This document shows positions 40,301-46,519 of a DNA stretch of 49,942 nt, one piece after another. Under the pieces are notes generated by a model. It ran no database searches, was not told where the DNA came from, and worked only from the letters and a program-made list of their open reading frames with translations. The position numbers were made by a program, and so were the translations under genes. Origin of the DNA: a virus (taxonomy: Duplodnaviria; Caudoviricetes); the IMG/VR virus record IMGVR_UViG_3300044272_002383, positions 1 to 49,942 of that record; one strand, written 5' to 3'. The stretch's first letter is position 1, and each line of letters starts with the position of its first letter.

Positions 40301-41203
40301 TCAAGACCTGATTTAATATCACAACAACAAGCTGGTCCACTTGGTAGATTAGTATTAGCGTTTCAAAATACACCTATGCAAATGACTAGGTTAACTAAAA
40401 AAGCTATATCAGATTTAGTTAATAATAGAGGTGATCGTAAAGCTAATATATCTAAAATAATATATTATGGCGCTATGCAAAACTTAATATTTGGTACACT
40501 GCAAAGTGGATTAGGATTCTTATTGTTTGGCTCAGATGAAGAAGATGACGAGAAAAAAGAGATGTCAGCTGAACGAGTATTAAATGGAGCTTTAGACTCG
40601 CTACTTAGAGGCACTGGTGTTTATGGTGCTGGTATTGCTGCTTTAAAAAATACTATAATGCAGTGGCAAGAAGAAAAACAAAAATCATTTGGACAAAGAG
40701 ATGATACTAGAATATTGCTACAAGCTTTAAATTTATCACCACCTATTGGTAGTAAGCTTAGAAAAATAAACAACGCTATTAAAACAGAGAAGTTTAATAA
40801 AGGTGTTAGTAAAGAACTTGGTTTTAGAATTGAAAACCCTAATGTAAATAAGTGGGCTAATATAATAGAAGGTACAACAAACTTTCCGTTAGCTAGGATG
40901 GTTAATAAAGCAAACAATTTAGAAGAAGCTATAACTGGTGATCATGAAACTTGGAAGCGTGTAGCCTTAATTGCTGGTTGGGACAGATGGAGTTTAAATG
41001 TACAAGATGAAGAACTAGAAGCTGCTAAGATAGAAGCTAAAAGAAAAAGAAAAGAACAAAAAAGAATAGAAAAAGAACAAAAGAAGAAAGAAGAAGAATC
41101 AAAGTTACCACCTAGAGTTAGATGTACTGCTATAAAATCTAACGGTGAAAGGTGTAAGAATAATACAAGAAACAAAAATGAGAAATGTTACGCTCACCAA
41201 TAA
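31364..41203 (+). CDS. giant multidomain (polyvalent) virion or ejection protein
   Basis: 3279 aa; coiled coil, hydrophobic Gly/Ala helices, HELGH zincin motif (35294), sigma-r2-like segment (about 36122), HAD motifs DFDET/ILTAR/FVDD (38561-38970), C-terminal CCCH finger. Confidence 0.85.
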   Translation: MTQDKYPKTIKVNGQDYTVNSEQEENDLKNEVELTDGANLDDVDSGNQQGLTESATVGQNLPAQNNTDSDSETISSDSQEYQIISDSNSDQNIKDKSDKNAIKNSESDPSKMTKEGRIVYFNSAYSSMAVNEEGMAIFADGTKLDVEKDFDLNYIEQKNKELSSSRNVFITNALAVRGRKDNVYSNNDIVQINANLDDLGYTVQKTENVGQYSLSKNGESLTIGNADDVQKWFFNNLSDEEFGVIDNNIRETYKQITLEQRKIKETNLNNQDRDELKKELIWNGATNGIIHANLKEDVTNQNDLDVLDNFFKKTITVNDVATIDGGASISGGNKKYTERKGQQLNREYKPKTADQFKYDQLKKVNNILQDTNLSQEDKNAQVTAILGGSITDQKTIDSLNNLITNEVGHTEEDVDRLANSRASENADVHLENIMKDNPQAILLKSAIENHLVVTDDDEVVNHKLQTNLYETQAKDLKKIQTEATNLFEKKFEAFNKELNSKGIGIKVVGKGENARYVIDASKYVGNSEEVNNKLDGLNKQRETLTSKFNLSQKKIVDSIKVIERLQKKAEAGELTMAESIQYNQAFNIYQTEKANEKTFTEEDSSLVEEINNIVNNFNKSRKDQIKTLEQEYQKKLDSDFDEYKGVIDTYNQSVKKLTSNVEKLQVKIQNAKSDLSYISKEHDLLTVLKTDLSNSVGSMYYGIQAVFGEDAAKEKLKAIQEGSQAYLPTMLSYNDAIKQGETGIFVGRTLAQQVTPVVVAVGTSAVGLPPVVAASLFGLSAGGETLVQLEGQVEMAKKAQTDLSELEKNYKDGKVSKQDYVRLKTDLEKTIASNNFSRGQINGAVGMAMLSEVAISSFFGTIGNSQKLIGDLTSKNVSSLGSLVTRTNMQAAYQWSVETGKSIASEAIEEVAILLSNELSQGLILGKDFDFSQIDDTIVSSIILAGPMNGPSSLYNTMMQQFQTSGIRNETRAVLDQIKALDSQFASLKPGDTVYRKQLTAELSNLYSKLNISQSKLEVDAMIGASDLKDLVANSMDLVELHESANVQPGDSPKTIEDKVKKHIKKLEETNPEAASDFKARVEANKKIKQKTRDKIKSELDGDILAENGLVDRLFGDEGRNTYDKLMNKNTQEFNKASNREKLTLIHMSLKNDFKNRKIKEARKIPVIRAHVERTIYGKKFKDSGRKNRKLKQENQLYEIFADRLNTRRVQATSTYRDGREAARLILKSNPDISQLSDIEVVADQTVEQLTEFLNKSDLQEYQKEDLLKGLQDGSTKGLILDGKYITTAEKSAVDEALQQGNLIQGTVFSHELGHALDAITMKRGEINDLSSNLSKALIQDKKLADVHTTAVKDLMQIMGPDGKILWEEGKTIDKQRDVTKDEYIKRVQDVLQDPTFKVERQIANKRSGESLGSIVRGLVGGDYKFNSPKAALTYITDYINSFEKKQLSNLVKRKIKAKDTRLKQLNDIINEFGIFDDDGRPVFKEGISTQDQKRFNEAVSELNDLQDRPGYRLSGDVGPKIDAAGKIFNNTQWKDGGFEKVLDGIQREGMLDSLIFAAQARKNPSVQMKDKSQDVKTRYLNDVYAELTNHVRNFNPDINNSLFAWINSQLGNKALNVQKRPDYSPDRLSRAQDADARTEEGAPVLQLQADTDAETRYIDNIGLKETDTELYSQLRQDLGLDTKMMDKVRQTVITAFGTRLPDISSKKFRQALEKQFKDKLKRPIQNMIGTRTDYDAFLVEYFPAVFNALSTETLVQMERNVDPELRIFTESRRITEPTEVDQLISDGLLPMNTIRGEINRTSGPFLNTKKKLPSDAKILAFFRGTNMEAELGYKVVGSTLGTRKDALAMNIGVELAFDATSEVLSNPDVQKRRRKVLDLDDKTQIDNERAVIAKIIDRDPNVLFSRDGKTNKIPKNYTKEMFGQHFDQLVNDIISSKDGVNSFIDSKGKLIKDYIYEIPQFTVDVVNSLYTNGSIPTINEVKFKKGIAASNLDKKTKKAYSDDGVLNRNNKDVLDKIDRQMAFVFDFLGGNIINELQRQGKLEIFAYHLRYLDPAKKKRGLDKSGDYYSSLQNKINKAQQSLDGKTDVGIDISSVNAMNTKIQDSILNDVIEIASMPITAAEKRQIYLDSIADRVVGANKANPTLAKHIAKTLITLAQNKTIGKETVLHILQAQTQLAGGFRAFTDLVMIDFRDGSQALYVDKDGNYTNDKSKKGISVNTEHPQFKEVKSVLKKAGELKNLTPDQIDKKVIELLKFKGEHLTPNANTMLEIAKLIDDTSVDLDSELDIIFNGHSQLLTSDYVTKKIDGNKTLGFEGLGRNSTLGYDRVGVVPQDSKFFIGPNGETLQDVLANKKYKDSVVLFSKDNNKVSNNIKNTFKAEENIRKAIETGETRGMSTFDFDETVGVSDNFVIAKKDGETKRISSANWPKVGEKLAAEGWSFDFSDFNKVTKGRPGPLFQKMKNQIAKYGADNVFILTARASESEQAIHDWLKSNGINIPRENVTGLGNSTGEAKAQWMLDKFAEGYNDMYFVDDAITNVDAVKNVLDQLDIKSKVVQARINFSKDADATFNKMLERSLGIGKDKVFSAAEARIRGKGKGRLDFFVPASAEDFKGLLYSFLGTGKQGEADMQFFKENLLDPYAQGYKDWNSYKQNMADDYKNLKKRFPDVVKSFNNIVPGTSFTAEMAARVYLWNKSGFDIPGLSKQAKRKLLSYVNANADLRSFADNTANITKNQDGYVKPREYWMTETFASDLANTVNSVGRQRFLANWQQNSDLIFSEKNLNKIEAAKGPAFREALENMLYRMKTGNNRMTGTDRTVNRFQNWLNGSVGAIMFFNIRSAALQTISTFNYIDFDDNNIFKASKAFANQPQFWRDFSMLFNSDMLKQRRAGLAIDVSASELSKAFSDGRGKPQAVLNYLLQLGFTPTQVADNFAIAIGGASFYRNKVNRYLKDGMTKADAENQAFLDFQEKTEETQQSSRPDLISQQQAGPLGRLVLAFQNTPMQMTRLTKKAISDLVNNRGDRKANISKIIYYGAMQNLIFGTLQSGLGFLLFGSDEEDDEKKEMSAERVLNGALDSLLRGTGVYGAGIAALKNTIMQWQEEKQKSFGQRDDTRILLQALNLSPPIGSKLRKINNAIKTEKFNKGVSKELGFRIENPNVNKWANIIEGTTNFPLARMVNKANNLEEAITGDHETWKRVALIAGWDRWSLNVQDEELEAAKIEAKRKRKEQKRIEKEQKKKEEESKLPPRVRCTAIKSNGERCKNNTRNKNEKCYAHQ

Positions 41204-41206
41204 ACG

Positions 41207-41218
41207 TGTAACTATAAT
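41207..41218 (+). promoter_or_regulatory. putative late promoter motif
   Basis: ACG-TGTAACTATAAT directly after the giant gene. Confidence 0.55.
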
Positions 41219-41232
41219 AAAAAGAATAAATT

Positions 41233-41415
41233 ATGATAAATTGGATAAACTCTTGGAACTCCAAGAATAAAAAAGAAGTATACGAATTAAATTTTAGATT
41301 AGGTACAATAACTGTTCTACAGTTAGAATATTGTCCATGCGTAAAGTGTGAGAATAAAAAAGGTACATGCTCTAAGTTTAGATTTATGATTTTAAACTTT
41401 GGATTTGAGATATGA
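41233..41415 (+). CDS. small Cys-containing hypothetical protein
   Basis: 60 aa; CPCVKC..C motif. Confidence 0.75.
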   Translation: MINWINSWNSKNKKEVYELNFRLGTITVLQLEYCPCVKCENKKGTCSKFRFMILNFGFEI

Positions 41416-41630
41416 GATTTATAAACAGCGCACAAATAGAACATAAAAATGCTATAAAAGATAGTAGGCTAGCTATTAAAGAAGATAGTAGAAATAACGT
41501 TGTTGTTAGTGCTACTGGAACAAAAGTATCATTTGGTGAACTTACAGATGATAGAGGAAGGTTTTCTGTAGTTATTGTGGTAACTTCTAATAGAGGTGTT
41601 ACTAAAAGAGCTTTAATACCTTTAGCATAA
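41412..41630 (+). CDS. hypothetical protein
   Basis: 72 aa; ATGA overlap with upstream gene. Confidence 0.65.
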   Translation: MRFINSAQIEHKNAIKDSRLAIKEDSRNNVVVSATGTKVSFGELTDDRGRFSVVIVVTSNRGVTKRALIPLA

Positions 41631-41926
41631 TGGCTGTTTATCAAAACATAACAGGTGCAGCTACAACTACTGTTATTACAAAAGGTGGTACAGTTACTGG
41701 TAGTATTGACAAAATACTAATTGCTAATGTTAACACTAGTAACGCTGTTACTATAACTGTAGACTTACATGACGGTACTAATACTTTTACTTTAATAAAA
41801 GAAGTAGATATACCAGTTAAGTCTTCTTTAGTTTTAGAAGATAACGTTAGGTTTGACAGTGCTGTATATAATTTGAGAATAACTACAGCGGGTACATCTC
41901 CTAATATATCTGTAATAATAAGGTAA
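41630..41926 (+). CDS. small beta-rich putative structural protein
   Basis: 98 aa, T/V/I-rich. Confidence 0.65.
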   Translation: MAVYQNITGAATTTVITKGGTVTGSIDKILIANVNTSNAVTITVDLHDGTNTFTLIKEVDIPVKSSLVLEDNVRFDSAVYNLRITTAGTSPNISVIIR

Positions 41927-41927
41927 T

Positions 41928-42386
41928 ATGGAACTAGAAGTAATTAGATTTTCAAGTGGTACTGATAGTACTAATGGAATATTAATAGACAAAACAAATA
42001 ATAAATTTTTAGCATACACGCTTGAAGATGAATATAGAGATGAGAAAAAATTTGGCGAGACAAGAATACCTGAAGGAACTTACAAGTTGGGTTTACGCAA
42101 GGTTGGCGGCTATCATACAAAATATTCGAAGCGCTTTAGTGATATTCACATTGGCATGCTTCATGTTCTCGATGTTCCTAATTTTGAGTATATTCTTATT
42201 CACTGCGGCAATACTGACGAACACACGGCAGGTTGTTTGCTCGTCGGAGACTCACAAGAAAATAACCAAATCACGAAGGACGGTTTTATAGGCAAGTCAA
42301 CACAAGCTTATAAAAGAATATATCCTGATATAGCAAACGCTATAGACTGTGGTGAAGAAGTAACAATAACATATAAAACAATATAA
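41928..42386 (+). CDS. DUF5675-like protein, candidate L,D-transpeptidase-fold endolysin
   Basis: STNGIL..YTLED..RIPEGTY..ILIHCGNT..TAGCLLVG motifs. Confidence 0.8.
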   Translation: MELEVIRFSSGTDSTNGILIDKTNNKFLAYTLEDEYRDEKKFGETRIPEGTYKLGLRKVGGYHTKYSKRFSDIHIGMLHVLDVPNFEYILIHCGNTDEHTAGCLLVGDSQENNQITKDGFIGKSTQAYKRIYPDIANAIDCGEEVTITYKTI

Positions 42387-42387
42387 A

Positions 42388-42843
42388 GTGAAAGGTAATA
42401 TATTTATAAAAGCAAAAGCTAAAGTAAAAAACTATATAACACATAAAAACTTAGAAAGGTTTGAAAAGTCTAGAAGTAAAAAGTTAGGAAAACCATATAT
42501 TCCAGCTTCTAAAAAAAATAAAGGATTTAAAAAATATGATTCATCTTATAAAAGAACTGAATCACCGTTTACGCCTTTTAAAAAAGAAAACAAAGGTTTT
42601 TTTACTCAAAAAGAAGGTAAAAAACAAGTTGCTAAAAAAGGAACACTTAAAGGAGCTAAAAAAGTTGCAACAACAGTTGGAGGAGCTGTATCAAAAGTTG
42701 GTAAAAGATTTTTAGGACCGCTTGGCGCGGCATTAGGTGCTGTTGATGTTGGAAGATTTATTTTTAAAGAAGATGTTGGTGGTAGAGCTGTAAAAAATAT
42801 GAGAAAAACAAAAGGAAAAGGAACATTTTTAGGAAAAGCATAA
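42388..42843 (+). CDS. basic protein with internal tag (GFKKYDSSYKRTESPFT)
   Basis: 151 aa, GTG start, K-rich; Gly-rich amphipathic C-terminal helix. Confidence 0.7.
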   Translation: MKGNIFIKAKAKVKNYITHKNLERFEKSRSKKLGKPYIPASKKNKGFKKYDSSYKRTESPFTPFKKENKGFFTQKEGKKQVAKKGTLKGAKKVATTVGGAVSKVGKRFLGPLGAALGAVDVGRFIFKEDVGGRAVKNMRKTKGKGTFLGKA

Positions 42844-43895
42844 TGAAAAATATAATTATATTATTACTATTTGTTAGCACGGTATGTGTTGGACAAATTA
42901 AAGATTTTTTTAAGTACTCTACGTTTTATGCGTCAATGACTACTGGAACTTCTTTTGTTGAAAGAGAAGACTATAGAGCTATTGGTAAAGGTTATGAAGA
43001 TATAACAGTTGTTAATCCTTATGACTACAACCTAACTATTGGCCTTCGTAAAATAGCTAGATTTGATTATGAATATAAAGTAAAAACTTGGTACTACGGT
43101 ACTGAGGATAATGTAGCTGACAACGTTACTATAGGTAACGCTAATGGTTGGGAGTATTTACTTAATTATTCTTTTATACGTGAGCGTGGTGAAAAGTTTA
43201 ATAATCAAAACTTTTGGTTAAGATATTTAGGTGATAGCTATGTAGCTAAAGCACAGTATGCAGATAATCAAAGAGTAGATTTAAAATACATGTCAACAGA
43301 TCTTAGGTTTAGAGTTAATGTTGGCAACTGGGATTTAACAGCTGGTGTTGTAGGTAGAATACATCCTGTATATGGTGTTAATCCTATTAGAGATTTATGG
43401 GTGCCAGGCTCTTCTAACTTTCAAGATATAGCTGCAGATTTTGGTTATGCACCAGAACAGTGGGTACAAGGTTTTTATGTAAACAATAATTGGTATGACA
43501 TTAGTAGTGGCGACTCTATTTTATTAGCTACTTCAAATGATGAGTTTTTTAAACATTACTTCGGTGAAGCAATTGCAAGGTTTAACGAGCGCGAGCTTGA
43601 TAAGTTAGGTTTACAAAGAGAACTCAGCGCTGTAGTTGGTATTGCTTATTATAAGTACACAGATAAAATATGGCTACACGCTTGGGCTAACTGCTTACCT
43701 ATACATCATGGTTTAGACGAATATTCTTTTGAGTATGGTAGACAAGATAATGATAATATAGAGTGGGATGCTGGCATTGTGTTTGGTTCAAGAATTACTA
43801 AATCACTTGGTATGTTTATTGAAGGAACGCATCAAAGATATTGGATGAAGCCTTTATATGAAATTAAGTTTGGTTTTAACTATTTAATATTTTAA
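42843..43895 (+). CDS. secreted outer-membrane beta-barrel-like protein
   Basis: Signal peptide MKNIIILLLFVSTVCVG-Q, aromatic alternating strands, C-terminal KFGFNYLIF. Confidence 0.65.
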   Translation: MKNIIILLLFVSTVCVGQIKDFFKYSTFYASMTTGTSFVEREDYRAIGKGYEDITVVNPYDYNLTIGLRKIARFDYEYKVKTWYYGTEDNVADNVTIGNANGWEYLLNYSFIRERGEKFNNQNFWLRYLGDSYVAKAQYADNQRVDLKYMSTDLRFRVNVGNWDLTAGVVGRIHPVYGVNPIRDLWVPGSSNFQDIAADFGYAPEQWVQGFYVNNNWYDISSGDSILLATSNDEFFKHYFGEAIARFNERELDKLGLQRELSAVVGIAYYKYTDKIWLHAWANCLPIHHGLDEYSFEYGRQDNDNIEWDAGIVFGSRITKSLGMFIEGTHQRYWMKPLYEIKFGFNYLIF

Positions 43896-43896
43896 T

Positions 43897-44718
43897 ATGA
43901 GTTTATTATTAGGTGGAGCGTTATCAATAGCAGGTTCAGCTTATAGTGCTATAAGTGCTAATAAAGCTCAGAAAAAAGCTGAACGTAGAGAAAAGAAAGC
44001 TAGACGAGAAATGAATAGGTTAAAAGATATTTATTCACAACTTGATACTAGTAATCCATATTTAGATATGGAAAATGTTATGGAAGATCTTACAATAAAT
44101 CAAAGACAATATGATTTACAAACAGAGCAGTTTCAACAAAGTCAAGCTAATATATTAGGTGGACTTAGTGAAGCTGCGGGTAGTTCTGGTATAGCTGCTG
44201 TTGCTCAAGCACTAGCTCAACAAGGTCAACTACAAGCACAACAATCAGCCGCTAGTATTGGTGACCAAGAAAGAGCTAATCAAATGGCTGAAAGACAAAT
44301 GGCAGCTCAAATACAAAGCCAAGAAAGAGAAGGTGAAATAATATCAAGAGAAATGGAAATGGATAAACAAAGTACATTACTTGGTATGGCTCAACAAGAT
44401 GTAGCTGCTTACAGAGAGCAAGCAGCTGCTGCAAGGCAAGCTAAATCAGATGCTATAGCAGGTGGTATATCATCACTAGGTAGTATGTTAACTGGTCCTG
44501 CTGGTGGTGTAGGCGGTGGTATGGCTAGTTCTGCAGGAGTTGGTGGTGGTGGTTACTTTGATAATCAACAAGGTGCAGGTGGTCGTATGTTTGGTGAAGG
44601 AGCTAGAACTCGTAGTGGAGGTTATCAAAATCCCATAACAGGTGCAACTGGAACTAGAAGTGTTTTTAATCCTTTTAAAAGAGAGTTTTATGGTAACACA
44701 ATTAATAGACCTTATTAA
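43897..44718 (+). CDS. putative ejection or internal virion protein (paralog B)
   Basis: Shares YSQLDTSNPY, MEDLTIN, AGSSGIAAVAQAL and VAAYREQAAAA with 29530-30267. Confidence 0.75.
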   Translation: MSLLLGGALSIAGSAYSAISANKAQKKAERREKKARREMNRLKDIYSQLDTSNPYLDMENVMEDLTINQRQYDLQTEQFQQSQANILGGLSEAAGSSGIAAVAQALAQQGQLQAQQSAASIGDQERANQMAERQMAAQIQSQEREGEIISREMEMDKQSTLLGMAQQDVAAYREQAAAARQAKSDAIAGGISSLGSMLTGPAGGVGGGMASSAGVGGGGYFDNQQGAGGRMFGEGARTRSGGYQNPITGATGTRSVFNPFKREFYGNTINRPY

Positions 44719-44730
44719 AATTAATTAATT

Positions 44731-45435
44731 ATGAAGAATATATTAAAATTATTATTAGTTATAAGCTCATTTGCTTATTCTCAAGTTTATGATTTTCAGC
44801 AATTATGTTTAGATTGTGCTGAGCAAAATGGTTTTTATTGTGGCGATGATCCAGCAAACTGGACGCAATATTCACCTAATGGTTGTGTGCCTAATGGTTA
44901 TCAAGACTTATTTTATCTTAATGATGGTTGGGAAGATTGTGCTGACGGTAGTGATGAAGAAGGTGCAGAACCAACTTCACCTGATGCATGTTTACCGCCA
45001 GAACCGTTTGAATGTGATACTGTATTTATAACATTAACAGAGCTTGAATTTATATTTGATACTATAGTTGAAACTGAATACGTGTATAATATTGTTTTAG
45101 ATACCGTAGAGATCGAAACTTTAGTTCCGGAATACATTTATATAACTGACACAGTATTTGTTTACGAGGATGTATTAGATACATTATTCGTTGATGTTGT
45201 TGAATACGTTGATGTAATAGTTTATGATACTGTTGTAGAAGTAGAATATGTAGAGTTTATAGAGTATATTACAGAGTATGTAGACTGTGATACTGGACTA
45301 CCTTGTAACTTTAGTATTGATGAGCTACTTGATAAATCAAAGCAAAATAGTGTAATATATAATATTAATGGGCAGGCTATAAAAGAAAGACAAGGTTTAT
45401 ATATAGAGAACGGTAAAATTTATAATAAAAAATAA
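44731..45435 (+). CDS. secreted Cys-rich protein with LDLa-like motif, DT repeats and T9SS-like C-terminal tail
   Basis: Signal peptide ..FAYS-Q; NDGWEDCADGSDE; repeated DT[VIL]; IYNINGQ..GLYIENGK. Confidence 0.65.
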   Translation: MKNILKLLLVISSFAYSQVYDFQQLCLDCAEQNGFYCGDDPANWTQYSPNGCVPNGYQDLFYLNDGWEDCADGSDEEGAEPTSPDACLPPEPFECDTVFITLTELEFIFDTIVETEYVYNIVLDTVEIETLVPEYIYITDTVFVYEDVLDTLFVDVVEYVDVIVYDTVVEVEYVEFIEYITEYVDCDTGLPCNFSIDELLDKSKQNSVIYNINGQAIKERQGLYIENGKIYNKK

Positions 45436-45437
45436 TT

Positions 45438-45791
45438 ATGGCTTTTAAAATGAGAGGCTATTCAGCTTTTACGAAATATAAAGATCCTGGTAAACTAAAG
45501 AAGTTTAAAAAAGAACCTAAAGTTTCAAGAAAAAGAATTTTAATTTCAACACAAACTCCATCTGGTATGTTATCAGAGTATTCAGCAGCTGATGACAAGA
45601 CTAACACATCTATTGTATATAGAAAAGGTTTAAAAAAATACACTAAAGATCTTGATTTAGATTTTAATCCAACAGGTAATTTTAGACAGCTAAAAAAACG
45701 AGATAAAAAAATATTAAAAAAACAAGGTTCATATCTTGGTAGAAAAAAATTAAAAAAGTTTTTAAGTAAAAATCCTAATTATAATAGATAA
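45438..45791 (+). CDS. small basic tagged protein (MAFKMRGYSAFTK)
   Basis: 117 aa, K-rich. Confidence 0.75.
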   Translation: MAFKMRGYSAFTKYKDPGKLKKFKKEPKVSRKRILISTQTPSGMLSEYSAADDKTNTSIVYRKGLKKYTKDLDLDFNPTGNFRQLKKRDKKILKKQGSYLGRKKLKKFLSKNPNYNR

Positions 45792-46135
45792 TGGCTAAAG
45801 AATTATCAGAAGATAGTAAGTTTCAGATAAGCGTTAAAACATTAGTAAGTATAGTTGTGGCGGTAGTTACAGTTGTATCTGCTTATTTTGGTTTAATGGC
45901 TAGTATAAACTCTAAGTTTTCAGAACTTGAAAGTAAAGTTGAGCAAGCGTTAGAATTACCTAAACCAGGTACTGGTACGTATACTATAGACATGGGTGAT
46001 CCAGCGGCTACTAACACGTGGCCGCCAACTCGTATGGAGTTTAACATGAAAGATCAAATGGCTCGTAACCAAATAGACCAAATAATAAAAGACCTTGATT
46101 ATATTAAAGATGAAATAAAACTATTAAGGAAATGA
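45791..46135 (+). CDS. membrane-anchored coiled-coil protein
   Basis: One hydrophobic helix (LVSIVVAVVTVVSAYFGL) followed by coiled segments. Confidence 0.75.
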   Translation: MAKELSEDSKFQISVKTLVSIVVAVVTVVSAYFGLMASINSKFSELESKVEQALELPKPGTGTYTIDMGDPAATNTWPPTRMEFNMKDQMARNQIDQIIKDLDYIKDEIKLLRK

Positions 46136-46518
46136 ATATAACAAATATATTGTATGTTGCAATGATGTCTCTTGTATTCTGCTTTGGAACATGCGCACAA
46201 GAAGTTATTAATACTGGAAACTTCGATAATAAAATAGCTAAAGACATAGTAGCCGTAGAATTTTGGGCTGGCTGGAACAAGGCTAATGAATTTGCAGAGC
46301 TTAATAAATTAAAAGATACTAGTGTATATAGAGTTGATATTATGCACTGTACAAAATTACAAACTGAGTATGGTATAACAGCTGTACCAACTGTTATTAT
46401 ATTTGACAACGGTATAGAAAAAGAAAGGTTTAACGCAAACATAATGTTTCAACTTGAAGCAGATAAGAAAACAATACAAAATTCTATTGACACAATAATG
46501 TTAAGTAAATTCCAATAA
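46132..46518 (+). CDS. secreted thioredoxin-fold protein lacking CxxC
   Basis: Signal peptide; VAVEFWAGWNKANE, YRVDI, YGITAVPTVIIFDNG. Confidence 0.8.
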   Translation: MNITNILYVAMMSLVFCFGTCAQEVINTGNFDNKIAKDIVAVEFWAGWNKANEFAELNKLKDTSVYRVDIMHCTKLQTEYGITAVPTVIIFDNGIEKERFNANIMFQLEADKKTIQNSIDTIMLSKFQ

Positions 46519-46519
46519 T

